Assembly: GCA_038204565.1 (NCBI GenBank)
Contig: JBBRCU010000011.1
Span: 1,511 to 65,510, forward strand
Direction of reading: 5' to 3'
Length of the DNA stretch: 64,000 nucleotides
DNA from: Candidatus Limnocylindrales bacterium
Lineage (GTDB): Bacteria; Chloroflexota; Limnocylindria; Limnocylindrales; CSP1-4
The notes beneath the pieces were generated by a model that saw nothing but the letters and a program-made list of their open reading frames with translations, did no database searches and was not told the origin of the DNA. This document shows positions 25,687 to 35,774 of the stretch, in pieces. The number at the start of each line of letters is the position of its first letter. Within the stretch, counting starts at the first letter, position 1. Position numbers and translations under genes: made by a program.

Positions 25687-28600
25687 ATGCCGATTGCCCA
25701 CCGCCTGCCCAGATCACGAGGCACGGCCTCGTCGGGCCGCCCGCGCGGCCTAGCCCGGCCGCTGATCGCAACCGTCGCCGCCACGCTGACCGCCGCCGCC
25801 CTCGGTCTGGCAATGGTCTTCAGCGGGATCGCCAGCGCCTCGACCCCGGTCACGGTCGGCTACCGCGACTTCGGCTACGGCGGGGCGCTCGCGTCCCGGG
25901 CCACATCGGATCCGGAGCAGTCGAAGCTCTGGTACAACGACGGCGCCTGGTGGGCCGGCCTCTTCGTGTCCTCGGGCAAGGGTTCGGGCGGCTCGCACTT
26001 CGACATCTTCAAGTTCAATCCGGTCAACCACAGCTGGGTGGACACGACCCGTCAGATCGACATCCGCGACCTGTCGCATGCCGACTACCTCTGGGACGGC
26101 GCCCACAACAAGCTGTACGTCGCCTCGTCGAAGAGCATCTGCACGGCCGCAATCGCTCCGCCAAGCCAACCCTGCAACGACTCCATCCGGGTCTATCGCT
26201 ACACGTACAACTCGGCTGCTTCGACGCTCGCGACGAAGTACACACTCGACAGCGGCTTCCCGAAGGTCCTCGCCGGCGGTCAGTACAACGGCGGCAACTT
26301 CACCGGCGGCGGCTCCAACGCCGTGACGATCGCCAAGGATTCGGTCGGTGGCCTGTGGGTCGCCTATACCCGGGACGACCCGACGACCGGCGCGCCACCG
26401 AGCCCGCATTTCAACTCGACCGTCTACCTCGCAGCGAGCTCGGACGACGGCCTGACCTGGTCGGCCCAAGCCAAATTCGCCGGTGCCAGCGTCGGCCAGC
26501 TCGACCAGGACAACACCGCCTCGATCGTCGCCTTCGGCGGCACAAATGTCGGCCTGTACTGGACCGACAAGCATGCGACCGGTGCCTCCAGCGCGTTCTT
26601 CGCGACCCACACCGACGGCGATCCGTTCGGCACCTGGTCCGGAGCCGAGACGGTCATCACCGGCACGAATGCCGCCGAGAATCAGGTCAACCTCAAAGCG
26701 GACTCGGCCGGCAAGGTCTACGCGATGATCAAGACCGGCGTGTCGGACCAGGAGAAGCTGTTCGATCGCTCGACGAGTGGCACGTGGACGAGCCACGTCG
26801 TCTCAAAGGTCGCCGACGGCAACACCCGAGCCCAGGTCGTCCTCGACGAGGACCTCGGCCTCGCCTATGTCTTCTCGTCGAGCGGATCGACGACGGCCGG
26901 GGCGATCTACGTGAAGTCCGCGCCGCTGTCGACGCTCGCATTCCCGACCGGGAAGGGCGCCGCGTTCATCCAGAGCGCAACAGACCACGCCATCGATGAC
27001 ATCAGCCTGACCAAGCAGGTCGTCACGTCCACGACCAACCTCGTCGCCGAGGTCAGCGATCGGTCGACCTTGTGGTTCCTCCACGGCGAGTTGAACCTGG
27101 CCGCGGCGGACACTACCCCGCCCGTCGGGACCGTCACGATCAACAACGGCGATGCCGCGACGACCCTCGCGGCCGTCACGCTCGCGGTGCCGGCGACCGA
27201 CGCCGGCCTCGGCGTCAACCTCGTCCGCGTGGTTAATACCACCGGCCATGTCGACGGCAGCGGGATGCTGGACGGAGCGGGGGCCGCGAGCTCCAGCTGG
27301 ACCGCCACCCTCCCGTGGACCGTGTCCGGTGGCGACGGCACGAAGACCGTCTGGGTCCAGTTCCAGGACGGCGCCGGCAATTGGTCCGCCCCCGTCAGCG
27401 ACACCATCATCCTCGACTCGACCGGGCCCGTCGGCACGGTCACGATCAACAACGGCGACGCGGCCTCCGGCGACTCCGCCGTGACCCTGGACGTCACGGC
27501 AACCGATGCCGGTGTCGGGGTCGTCAGCAACGTCCGGATCGCAAACGATCCGGCGACGAGCGGCGGCCTCCTCAGCGACGCGTCGGCGGTGACCTCGGCC
27601 TACGCGACGTCCAAGCCCTGGAACCTGGCACCGGGCCCCGACGGGGCGCGCACGGTCTACGTCCAGTGGGAGGATGCGGTCGGGAACTGGTCGGGCGTGT
27701 CGAACGACACGATCACCCTCGCGGACGTCGTCAAGCCGGTTGGTCACGTCGCCATCAACGGTGGCTCCGTCGGGATCCACTCCCTGTCGGTCACCCTGTC
27801 ATTCCCACTCACGAGTATGGACGTCACCGAGGTCCAGATCTCGAACAGCCCCACGATGGCGGGCGCGACGTTCCGGCCGTTCGCCGCGTCGATCTCCTGG
27901 ACACTCCCGGGTCTGCTGACCAACTACAGCGTCAAGGCGGTCTACGTCGTCTTCAAGGACGGGGCCGGCAACATCAGCGACCCGATCGCCCCCTCGTACA
28001 GCGCCTCCGCCACGGCCAGGGTCGACCTGACCAAGCCGGTCATGCACAGCCCGATCACGCCGCGGTTCTATGCGCCGACGAACCACGTCGGCAGCACCGT
28101 CCCGCTTCGGCTCGGTTGGCCGGTCGCCAGCGACACGGTCACGGGCGTCGGTAGCTATCGGGTCCTGGCGTCCCGTGACGGCCATGCCTACACGGTGCTC
28201 GGCGCACCGACGGTCAACGCCCTGAACACCCTCGTCTACCCAGGCCACACGTATCGTTTCCGGGTGTATGCGGTCGACCGGGCAGGCAACACCAGCGCGG
28301 CGGTCTACACGCCGACGATGCGCGTCCTGGCCTACCAGGATTCGAGCCGGTCCATCCGCTATTCAAGCGGCTGGCATGCCAGCTCGTCCATCGTGTACTA
28401 CGGCGGGACGGCTCGCTGGGCGACCGTCCACGGCGCCAGTGCGAGCCTGACCTTCATCGGACGAAGCGTGGCCTGGACGTCGCTCGTGGCGACGACCCGT
28501 GGCTCAGCCAATGTCTACGTCGACGGCCGCTTCATTGCGACCGTCAACCTCAACACGGCAACCACCTCGGTCCGCCGGATCGTGTTCGCAAGGACGTGGT

Positions 28601-28692
28601 CGACCGCCGGGACCCACACGATCCGCATCGTGGTGCTCGGAACGGCCGGCCACCCGCGCGTCGACGTGGACGACTTGCTCGTCCTCCGGTGA
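25687..28692 (+). CDS. Large secreted protein: Asp-box beta-propeller-like N-domain + 3 Ig-like repeats + Fn3-like + C-terminal beta-sandwich
   Basis: GGAGGA RBS and a signal peptide (...AALGLAMVFSGIASAS). The N-domain carries SKLWYNDGAWWAGLF and a perfect Asp-box SSDDGLTW. Three repeats of about 102 aa start with PVGTVTINNGDA. The C-terminus is homologous to the 8436-10475 C-terminus. Confidence 0.8.
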   Translation: MPIAHRLPRSRGTASSGRPRGLARPLIATVAATLTAAALGLAMVFSGIASASTPVTVGYRDFGYGGALASRATSDPEQSKLWYNDGAWWAGLFVSSGKGSGGSHFDIFKFNPVNHSWVDTTRQIDIRDLSHADYLWDGAHNKLYVASSKSICTAAIAPPSQPCNDSIRVYRYTYNSAASTLATKYTLDSGFPKVLAGGQYNGGNFTGGGSNAVTIAKDSVGGLWVAYTRDDPTTGAPPSPHFNSTVYLAASSDDGLTWSAQAKFAGASVGQLDQDNTASIVAFGGTNVGLYWTDKHATGASSAFFATHTDGDPFGTWSGAETVITGTNAAENQVNLKADSAGKVYAMIKTGVSDQEKLFDRSTSGTWTSHVVSKVADGNTRAQVVLDEDLGLAYVFSSSGSTTAGAIYVKSAPLSTLAFPTGKGAAFIQSATDHAIDDISLTKQVVTSTTNLVAEVSDRSTLWFLHGELNLAAADTTPPVGTVTINNGDAATTLAAVTLAVPATDAGLGVNLVRVVNTTGHVDGSGMLDGAGAASSSWTATLPWTVSGGDGTKTVWVQFQDGAGNWSAPVSDTIILDSTGPVGTVTINNGDAASGDSAVTLDVTATDAGVGVVSNVRIANDPATSGGLLSDASAVTSAYATSKPWNLAPGPDGARTVYVQWEDAVGNWSGVSNDTITLADVVKPVGHVAINGGSVGIHSLSVTLSFPLTSMDVTEVQISNSPTMAGATFRPFAASISWTLPGLLTNYSVKAVYVVFKDGAGNISDPIAPSYSASATARVDLTKPVMHSPITPRFYAPTNHVGSTVPLRLGWPVASDTVTGVGSYRVLASRDGHAYTVLGAPTVNALNTLVYPGHTYRFRVYAVDRAGNTSAAVYTPTMRVLAYQDSSRSIRYSSGWHASSSIVYYGGTARWATVHGASASLTFIGRSVAWTSLVATTRGSANVYVDGRFIATVNLNTATTSVRRIVFARTWSTAGTHTIRIVVLGTAGHPRVDVDDLLVLR
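27121..28035 (+). repeat. Three tandem coding repeats of about 300-309 nt (Ig-like domains, PxGxVxINxG ... DxAGNxS)
   Basis: Repeat starts lie at 27121, 27427 and 27736 (PVGTVTINNGDAATT / PVGTVTINNGDAASG / PVGHVAINGGSVG). Each ends in a ...QFQDGAGNWS / ...WEDAVGNWS / ...FKDGAGNIS type motif. Confidence 0.8.
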
Positions 28693-28838
28693 CCCGATGC
28701 TGGCCAGATCGACGTGGGTCGTGACGGCCAACCGCAGCAGCTCCGGACCGCGCGCCAATCGGCCGCGGTCCGGATCGTTCCTCGCGCGCTGAGCCGGCGG
28801 CACGGCCCGGCACGTCCGCAGCGGACCGGCCACATCCC

Positions 28839-30854
28839 ATGTGGTCGGTCCATCCACGATGTGAGGTCTTTCGGTTGTCGCGTCGCACGCTGGTCCTGAC
28901 GGCCCTGGTCGCCGCGCTTTCTCTGGCGGTCCTTGGCATTTGGCTAGAGACGAAGCCCGGAGGGCTGCCGGTCAGCGCGTTGCCGAGTGCGAGCGGCCCG
29001 GCGAGCTCGCCCACGCCAAGCCCGACCGTGCCCCCGCTGGCCGCCACGGCGACCTATCCGGATGGCCCGTTCGGTTCGCCACTCACTCACGCCCCGACGG
29101 AGGGCCAGGCCCAGGCCAAGCTCTGGCGCAACGACGGAATCTGGTGGGCGACGATGGTCGACCCGGCAAGTCAGCAGCTCCGGATCGCGCGCCTTGACTG
29201 GTCGACGCAGCGCTGGATCGACACGGGCACCCTGGTCGATGGGCGCATCCAGGTCAAGGCCGACGTCGTGTGGGACGGAACCCACCTCCTGATCGTGACC
29301 GCCGGGGCCAAACCGACAGCCGGCCAGGCGGCGAGACTGAGCCGCTTCCACTACGACGCTGGCGCGCAGCGGTTCGCCATGGATCCCGACTTCCCGATCA
29401 CCGTCGTGGCGACGGGGATCGAGGATGCAGCCCTCGCCCGCGATTCAAAGGGAACCCTGTGGTTGAGCTACCGGGTCGGCGGCGTGCTGGTCGTCCGCCA
29501 CACCCTCGCCAACGACGTCCTCTGGTCGCCAGGCAGCGTCCTCGCCGTTGACGGCGTCGTCGGCGCCATCAGGTCATCGGCCCTCGAGAGCGACGGGACG
29601 CGGATCGCGGTCGTCTGGAACCGGCTCGACGACTCGACGCTGCGGGTCGCCTTCCACGCCGACGGCGCGCCGGACACCGCCTGGACGCTGGCCTCGACCG
29701 CGGTCGACGGACTGGGCAAGGCGCCCGGTGGCCTGTCCGTGAGGAGCGTCCCCGGCGCCACCGGCAATCGCCTGCTCGTCGCCTTCGAAACGACGCCGAA
29801 CGCGGTGCCCAAGGTGAATCCCCTCGACGCCGGCGCACTGGTCATGGTCCTCGATCCGGACGGAACCTGGTCGAAGGTGCAGCTCGGCCGGGTCCAGGAC
29901 CACCTGACCGCGCCGATCCTCGCGATCGATCGACAGCATGGCCTCGTGTACGCGATCGCCGCCACGACGGTGACCGGACAGATCACCTACAAGTGGTCGC
30001 CCGCGGCGAACATCGCCTTCGAGTCGGGCCGGGGCACAGAGCTGATCGCGACCGCCAGCGATCTCGCGATCCGCAATCCCGCAACGACCAGCCAGGACAT
30101 CGACAGCACGGCCGGGTTGGTTGTCCTCGCGGCTGATGACGGGACCGGGCGGTACCTCCACGGCGTCCTTTCGACGGGTGTCGCCCCGCCGACCGTCAGC
30201 CCGACATCGTCCCCGTCGCCCGGTTCGTCGGCCCCTCCGCCGCCTGTCGGCCCGCCCGTCGTGAACGTGCTGATCAACGACACGTTCGACCCGTGGCCGG
30301 TCGGGCTGCACTCGCCGGCCGGCTGGGCCATCACGTCCCAGGGCAACGGCGTCGGTCAGCTCCTGATCGCCGGCGTTCCGTCGCCGACGAACCACAGTCT
30401 CGAGCTTGTCCAGACGTCGGTCGTGGGTGCAGTGCGCTCATGCAAGTCGTTCGCTCCGACCGCTGACGGCGTGCTGTTGGTCAACGCCCTCGTTCGGATC
30501 AGCGCGATCGGCACGTCCGACATCGAGATCGCCGCGGTCCGTGGCCCGGGCGGGGAGACGGCGTCGCTGCGCGTCACCCGGCATGGTCTGCTGGCATACT
30601 TCAATGGCACCGCCAAGATCACCACGACCGCCCTCGTGCGGCGCGGGACCTGGTACCGGGTGGCGATCGTGGTCCGCTTCCGGACCCACACGTTCGACTG
30701 GTCACTGGCGACGGCCGGCGGGCAGGGCATCGCCCACGCGAATGGGGCTCGCTGGCGCGATTCGACCGTCGCGGCCGTGGACTCGGTCTGCGCCCAGACC
30801 CCGCAGACGCGAGGCGTCGCGATCTTCCTCGATACCGTCACGGTCCGACACTGA
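28839..30854 (+). CDS. Secreted/anchored protein: paralogous propeller-like N-domain + Pro/Ser linker + unassigned C-terminal beta domain
   Basis: N-terminal TM (TLVLTALVAALSLAVLGIW). AKLWRNDGIWWATMV and WDGTHLLIVTAG align with 25687-28692 and 37147-40029. A PS-rich linker (PPTVSPTSSPSPGSSAPPPP) follows. The start may be TTG 28875 (GAGG upstream) rather than 28839. Confidence 0.75.
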   Translation: MWSVHPRCEVFRLSRRTLVLTALVAALSLAVLGIWLETKPGGLPVSALPSASGPASSPTPSPTVPPLAATATYPDGPFGSPLTHAPTEGQAQAKLWRNDGIWWATMVDPASQQLRIARLDWSTQRWIDTGTLVDGRIQVKADVVWDGTHLLIVTAGAKPTAGQAARLSRFHYDAGAQRFAMDPDFPITVVATGIEDAALARDSKGTLWLSYRVGGVLVVRHTLANDVLWSPGSVLAVDGVVGAIRSSALESDGTRIAVVWNRLDDSTLRVAFHADGAPDTAWTLASTAVDGLGKAPGGLSVRSVPGATGNRLLVAFETTPNAVPKVNPLDAGALVMVLDPDGTWSKVQLGRVQDHLTAPILAIDRQHGLVYAIAATTVTGQITYKWSPAANIAFESGRGTELIATASDLAIRNPATTSQDIDSTAGLVVLAADDGTGRYLHGVLSTGVAPPTVSPTSSPSPGSSAPPPPVGPPVVNVLINDTFDPWPVGLHSPAGWAITSQGNGVGQLLIAGVPSPTNHSLELVQTSVVGAVRSCKSFAPTADGVLLVNALVRISAIGTSDIEIAAVRGPGGETASLRVTRHGLLAYFNGTAKITTTALVRRGTWYRVAIVVRFRTHTFDWSLATAGGQGIAHANGARWRDSTVAAVDSVCAQTPQTRGVAIFLDTVTVRH

Positions 30855-30855
30855 C

Positions 30856-31833
30856 ATGCGAATCATGGTCACCGGCAGCGCCGGGTTCATCGGCTCCCAT
30901 CTCGCGGAGCGCCTTGTCGCCGACGGACACGACGTCGTCGGCATCGACGCGTTCGTCGACTACTACCCGCGCGCCCTCAAGGAGGCGAACATCGCGGGCC
31001 TGCTCGGCGGCCCGCGCTTCACGCTCGTCGAGGCCGACCTCCGACGCGACGAGCTCCTCCCGTCGCTCGAGGGAATCGAGGCCGTGGTCCACGCGGCGGC
31101 GATGGCCGGTCTCCCCCGGAGCTGGACGGAGTTCCAGGACTACATGGACTGCAACATCCTCGCCACCCAGCGGCTGCTCGAAGCCGCCAGGACCACCGGG
31201 ATCCGTCGCTTCGTCCATATCTCCACCTCATCGGTCTACGGCCGGGACGCGGTCGGCGACGAGCGGCTGCCGACTCGCCCGATCTCTCCGTACGGGGTGA
31301 CCAAGCTCGCCGCCGAGAACCTGGTCCTCGCCTTCGTCGACAGCTTCGACTTCCCGGCGACGATCCTCCGCTACTTCTCGGTGTTCGGCCCGCGCCAGCG
31401 ACCGGACATGGCCTATCACATCTTCAGCGAGGCGCTCCTCGACGGACGGCCGATCATGGTCTTCGGCGACGGCGAGCAGACGCGGAGCAACACCTTCGTC
31501 GCTGACATCGTGGGGGCCACGATCGCAGCAATCGAGGGCGGCGCCCAGGGCGAGATCTACAACCTGGGCGGCGGCGAGGTGATCACCCTCAACGACGCCA
31601 TCCGGACGATCGGCGAGGCCCTTGGCGTGGAGCCCGAGATTCAGCACGGGCCGGACCGCCTGGGCGACCAGCGCCACACTCAGGCCGACACCACGAAGGC
31701 GCGCCTGGCATTCGGGTTCCGCCCGGCAATCAGCCCGGCGGCGGGCCTCTGCGCCCAGGCCGAATGGCATCGATCCCTGCGAGCAGGCGGCCCGGCAGAG
31801 CCCACCCACGCCTCGCCCGCGGTCGATCGCTAG
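30856..31833 (+). CDS. NAD-dependent sugar-nucleotide epimerase/dehydratase (SDR family)
   Basis: Rossmann motif VTGSAGFIGSHL and catalytic SPYGVTKLAAE (YxxxK). The start is 1 nt after the upstream stop. Confidence 0.9.
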   Translation: MRIMVTGSAGFIGSHLAERLVADGHDVVGIDAFVDYYPRALKEANIAGLLGGPRFTLVEADLRRDELLPSLEGIEAVVHAAAMAGLPRSWTEFQDYMDCNILATQRLLEAARTTGIRRFVHISTSSVYGRDAVGDERLPTRPISPYGVTKLAAENLVLAFVDSFDFPATILRYFSVFGPRQRPDMAYHIFSEALLDGRPIMVFGDGEQTRSNTFVADIVGATIAAIEGGAQGEIYNLGGGEVITLNDAIRTIGEALGVEPEIQHGPDRLGDQRHTQADTTKARLAFGFRPAISPAAGLCAQAEWHRSLRAGGPAEPTHASPAVDR

Positions 31834-31899
31834 GGGGTTCGTCGAGCGGGCCGTCCCCGGCCCGCTCGGTTGCCCTGGAGGTCTGCGGCCCGGGAACCG

Positions 31900-33120
31900 T
31901 CAGCTGCCGGTCGCCGCGATCCGGCTGAAGGACGCATCATCGAGCCACGTCGTCGAGTCGTAGCGGCCGAGGTCGACCTCGAGGTACGCATTCTGATCGC
32001 TCGCCAGGACGGTGCTGTCGATCGTCAGCACCTGCCACTCCGGACCGATCGTGTACAGCCGCGTGGCGTACGTCACGCCGTCGGCCGAGGCGAGCCGGAT
32101 GCGGACCTCACGGCTCGTTGCAGCGCGCGCAGAGATCGTCACGACATAATGACCGCCGGTCTCGATGACGAGGCCTCCCTGGCGAACCGCAATCGAGGCG
32201 CGCTCCACGCCGGCCGTCGTGATGTCGACCCGAGCCGATGCCGCGCCGCTCGCGTGCTCGGCCAGATCCTGCGACATCACCGCGGAACTCCCGCTCGCGA
32301 CGACGAGCTCCCAGGGGCCGCCCGTCCCGCTCTCGAAGCCGGGGTTGACGATCCCGGTCGTGGACGAAGCCAGCGGGGTCGGCGTCGGCCCTCCGTCCGG
32401 GGTCCGGCTGGGGGTCGGCGAACTGGTTGGCGAATTGGACGGCGACGAGCTCGGACCCGACGAGCTCGGACCCGACGAGCCCGGCGGTCCGCCCGATGGT
32501 GTGACGTTGCCCGCCAGCAGGTCGCGCAGTTCTGCGTCGATTGCCGGCAGGTCGGCGAGGATCTTGACGACGGCCTTGGCCGCCGACTGATAGGCCGCAG
32601 CATTCCGCAGGGAGTTGTCGAGCGCGTCCGAGATCGCCACATGCACCGAGGTGTAGAGCGCGGTCAGGCGCGCCCCGACCGGGGCCGAGGCCCGGAACTC
32701 CAGGAGCCGAGCCGGTGCTGTCGTCGACGCCACGACCTCCGCGTTGAGGCTGCGGAAGATGGCAGCGACGTTGGCTGGCGCGAAGATCGAGCTCGCGAGC
32801 TCCGCCTTGAGGGCCGCGCCGTCGTCCTCAAGCCGGCGGTTGACGACGAGACACGCCTGGATGGCGCTCGGGTCGAAGCCGGGATCCGACGGAGGAACCA
32901 CGACCGGGGTTCGGGTCGCCGTCGGCAGCGACCCGGCGGGATCGTGGGTCTGGCCCGCGGCGCCGGTCAGCAGGCCCGCTCCGAGGACCGCGACGATCGC
33001 CACGACCAGAACCCCCGCGATGAGCTCGGGTCCGATGGATCGGGTCCGGCGCGGCTCCGGCAGCCCCGGCCGCTGCGGTCCGCCGGCGACGGCGTCATCT
33101 TGCGGAGACGGTCCGCTCAC
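31900..33120 (-). CDS. Membrane-anchored protein with helical domain, Ser/Pro linker and C-terminal CBM4/9-like carbohydrate-binding module
   Basis: N-terminal TM (LIAGVLVVAIVAVLGAGLL), linker PPGSSGPSSSGPSSSPSNSPTSSPTPS, and C-terminus NPGFESGTGGPWELV...LEVDLG typical of CBM_4_9. GTG start overlaps the upstream stop (GTGA). Confidence 0.65.
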   Translation of the reverse strand: MSGPSPQDDAVAGGPQRPGLPEPRRTRSIGPELIAGVLVVAIVAVLGAGLLTGAAGQTHDPAGSLPTATRTPVVVPPSDPGFDPSAIQACLVVNRRLEDDGAALKAELASSIFAPANVAAIFRSLNAEVVASTTAPARLLEFRASAPVGARLTALYTSVHVAISDALDNSLRNAAAYQSAAKAVVKILADLPAIDAELRDLLAGNVTPSGGPPGSSGPSSSGPSSSPSNSPTSSPTPSRTPDGGPTPTPLASSTTGIVNPGFESGTGGPWELVVASGSSAVMSQDLAEHASGAASARVDITTAGVERASIAVRQGGLVIETGGHYVVTISARAATSREVRIRLASADGVTYATRLYTIGPEWQVLTIDSTVLASDQNAYLEVDLGRYDSTTWLDDASFSRIAATGS

Positions 33121-33965
33121 GGGTGGGCGGCGGCGATCGGGACGGACCCGGAGAGTTCCATGATTGCATCGTCCACGGGCCGCGCAACCATGCCCGCCAG
33201 CGCCTGGAAGGCGAGGACGAACGTCCGCCCTGAGCCGTCGTCGGCAACGCCGCCCATGACCAGTCGATCGGCGAGCAGATTGGCCTCGATCCCGGCGAGA
33301 GGCAGGTCGAGGTCGGCGTGATTGGTGGCGACGTCGATGGGGCCGATGATCCGGAGCCGATCGTCGGTCCTCGCGATGAGGTAGCGCATGCCCGCGACGA
33401 GGCTCTTTTCCGAGCCGCGGACGTAAACGCCGATGGCCAGCATCGTCATCTCGGAACCATCGCCTTGGCCGGGCCCCGCGCGACCGGACGACAGGACCCT
33501 CGGACGCTGGGCCCCGACCGCCGACAGCCGGTCCGGGCCGGCATCCTGGCCGGTCGCGTTGCTGTCCATCACGGGAACACCGACGCCGCGGTCGGCGGCT
33601 GGCAACGGACTACCGCGGACGATCGCTGCCGACGGCCTGGCTCCCGATGCTCCGCGGGGCGCACCTGGAGCGCCTTCGATACTCGCGGCAAACGGCCGGC
33701 GTCGCAGCCGCAGGTCGAAGCCGCACGCCCGGCAGGCGGTCTCGAAGCCGGACGTCGGCCCCGAGCAGGCCGGACAGGTGGCTGGAGGTGCGAGCAGAAC
33801 CAGGGCCAGGGCGATCGGCCCGAGGCACACGCCGAACACCAGCCAGACCGCCGGATTGCGGTGGCGCCGTGCTGCCAGCCAGGCCGCGCTTGGCCCGAAG
33901 GCGATCGCGGCGACGGCGAGAACCGGTGCAAAGGCGAGAATCGCGTCACCCAATGTCAGGGCCAT
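33117..33965 (-). CDS. Membrane protein with CxxC...CxxC zinc-ribbon and a C-terminal soluble domain
   Basis: Two TM segments are followed by CPACSGPTSGFETACRACGF. The C-terminal 120 aa (MTMLAIGVYVRGSEKSLVAGMRYLIARTDDRLRIIGPIDV...) are unassigned. Confidence 0.55.
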   Translation of the reverse strand: MALTLGDAILAFAPVLAVAAIAFGPSAAWLAARRHRNPAVWLVFGVCLGPIALALVLLAPPATCPACSGPTSGFETACRACGFDLRLRRRPFAASIEGAPGAPRGASGARPSAAIVRGSPLPAADRGVGVPVMDSNATGQDAGPDRLSAVGAQRPRVLSSGRAGPGQGDGSEMTMLAIGVYVRGSEKSLVAGMRYLIARTDDRLRIIGPIDVATNHADLDLPLAGIEANLLADRLVMGGVADDGSGRTFVLAFQALAGMVARPVDDAIMELSGSVPIAAAHP

Positions 33966-34121
33966 CCCCAGGCAATCGGACCATTCACGGGCCCCATGAT
34001 CGCATCGCAATCGACCCGCTGGATGGGAGCGCGGTGCGCGCCGTCACCGCGAATGCCGGGCCCGCCGACCCTCCTGAGCGTGAATCGACCTTCACAACGA
34101 TTTTGAAACCCCCCGCGGCCC

Positions 34122-34151
34122 TTGATTTCGTACCGGTCAACAGCAGATTAT
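34122..34151 (+). promoter_or_regulatory. Candidate sigma70-type promoter in the AT-richer island upstream of ugd
   Basis: TTGATT (34122-34127), an 18-nt spacer, then GATTAT (34146-34151), about 175 nt upstream of GTG 34326. Identified by eye only. Confidence 0.2.
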
Positions 34152-34325
34152 CGTACTGTCCAGATGGGGCTCAGCGGACGATTGCGGAACGCCAGAACTT
34201 ATCCCTCTCCATCGTTTCCGATCTACTACCGCGATCGATCCTGACCCCTAGATGTGCGGCAGCGCCAGACCTCACGGCGCTGCTTTCTGTATGAGCCGGT
34301 GGGCGGCTCGAAGGGGGACTTGAGC

Positions 34326-35774
34326 GTGCGAGTATCGGTCGTCGGGTTGGGGTATGTGGGCCTCGTGACGTCGGCATGTCTGGCGGAGCAGGGCCACGAT
34401 GTCGTCGGCATCGAGGTGTCGGCTCAGCGGATCGAGGCTCTTCTCGAAGGTCGGATGCCCTTCCACGAGCCCGGCCTGGATGTGATGGTGGCCGCGAATC
34501 GCGCGGCGGGGCGGCTGTCCTTCACCGCCGACCCGGCCGCCGTGGCGGATGCCGAGGTGATCTTCGTGGCCGTCGGCACCCATGACGGCAATGGCGGGTG
34601 GCAGACCGGGACGATCCAGGCATGCCTGAACGAGATCGTCCCGCGCCTCGCAGACGAGGCGGTTCTCGTCGTTCGGTCAACGCTTCCGCCGTGGTTCCTG
34701 GCCCGCCTCGCGGGCATCGTCGGGAGGATGCGGGAGGAGGCGGGTCGCGGCGAGGTGCCGGTGATCCTGAACCCCGAGTTCACCAAGGAAGGGACCGCGG
34801 TCAAGGACTTCCTGGAGCCTGAGCGCATCGTCCTAGGGATCGCCCACGATGTCGACGCCCGCGGAGCGGATCGGCTGCGTCGGCTCTATCGAGGGTCGGA
34901 CGCCCCGATCCTCGAGATGAGCGCGACCGACGCCTCGCTCAGCAAGCTCGGCGCAAACCTCTTCCTCGCCACGAAGATCAGCTTTGCCAACGAGCTCGCC
35001 CAGCTGTGCGATCAGTACGGTGCCAACATCGAGCAGGTCGTCGCTGCCATGGCCTACGACTCGCGCATCGGGGGCGGCTTCCTGCGGGCCGGGATCGGGT
35101 TCGGCGGCTCGTGCCTGCCGCACCAGGTCACGATGACCGTCTCGATGGCGGCCGAGAGCGGCCAGCCAACCCCGCTCTTCGCGGCGGTCGACACCGTGAA
35201 TCATCGGCAGCGAGAGCGGATCGTCGAGCGGCTCGCCGCGCTCCTCGACGGCTCCCTCGCGGGGGCCACGGTCGCCCTCCTCGGCGTCACGTTCAAGCCC
35301 GACACGGACGACCTCCGCGAGGCCCCGTCGCTCGACATCGCGGCGCGGCTCATCGAGGAAGGCGCCACCGTCGTGGCGTTCGATCCGATGACGTCCGCTC
35401 TGGAGCGGTTCGGCGAGCTGGTCCCGGGCGTCCAGCTCGCGGCGAGCGCCGACGAGGCGCTGACCCGCGCCGACGCCGCGGCGCTCGTGACCGAATGGCC
35501 GGTCTTCCGCCAGCTCGATTGGCGTCGCGCCGCCGGACTCATGCGCCGGCCGATCCTTGTCGACGGGCGGAATGCCCTGTCCGTCATCGAGATGGTGGAC
35601 GCCGGGTTCGCCTACTCGTCGTTCGGCCGTGGGACCTGGGGAGTCGAGGCGATCGATGAGATCGCAGCCGTGATCGCGGAGTCGCCGGCGGTGCCGGAGG
35701 CGGACGCGATCGCGAGCGACCCGATCGTGGCACGACCGGTCTCGAACGCGCTCGACATGGCCCGGAGCGAGTGA
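34326..35774 (+). CDS. ugd: UDP-glucose 6-dehydrogenase
   Basis: VVGLGYVGLVTSACLAEQGHDV (NAD-binding) and catalytic GFGGSCLPHQV. GTG 34326 follows AAGGGGGA. Confidence 0.9.
   Translation: MRVSVVGLGYVGLVTSACLAEQGHDVVGIEVSAQRIEALLEGRMPFHEPGLDVMVAANRAAGRLSFTADPAAVADAEVIFVAVGTHDGNGGWQTGTIQACLNEIVPRLADEAVLVVRSTLPPWFLARLAGIVGRMREEAGRGEVPVILNPEFTKEGTAVKDFLEPERIVLGIAHDVDARGADRLRRLYRGSDAPILEMSATDASLSKLGANLFLATKISFANELAQLCDQYGANIEQVVAAMAYDSRIGGGFLRAGIGFGGSCLPHQVTMTVSMAAESGQPTPLFAAVDTVNHRQRERIVERLAALLDGSLAGATVALLGVTFKPDTDDLREAPSLDIAARLIEEGATVVAFDPMTSALERFGELVPGVQLAASADEALTRADAAALVTEWPVFRQLDWRRAAGLMRRPILVDGRNALSVIEMVDAGFAYSSFGRGTWGVEAIDEIAAVIAESPAVPEADAIASDPIVARPVSNALDMARSE

Noticed and set aside
25687-25800. 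A twin-arginine (Tat) signal on the large secreted proteins (for example RSRGTASSGRPRGLARPLIATVAATL).
   Set aside because: Arg residues are abundant, but no S/T-R-R-x-F-L-K-like motif directly precedes the hydrophobic core. Sec-type export is the simpler reading.
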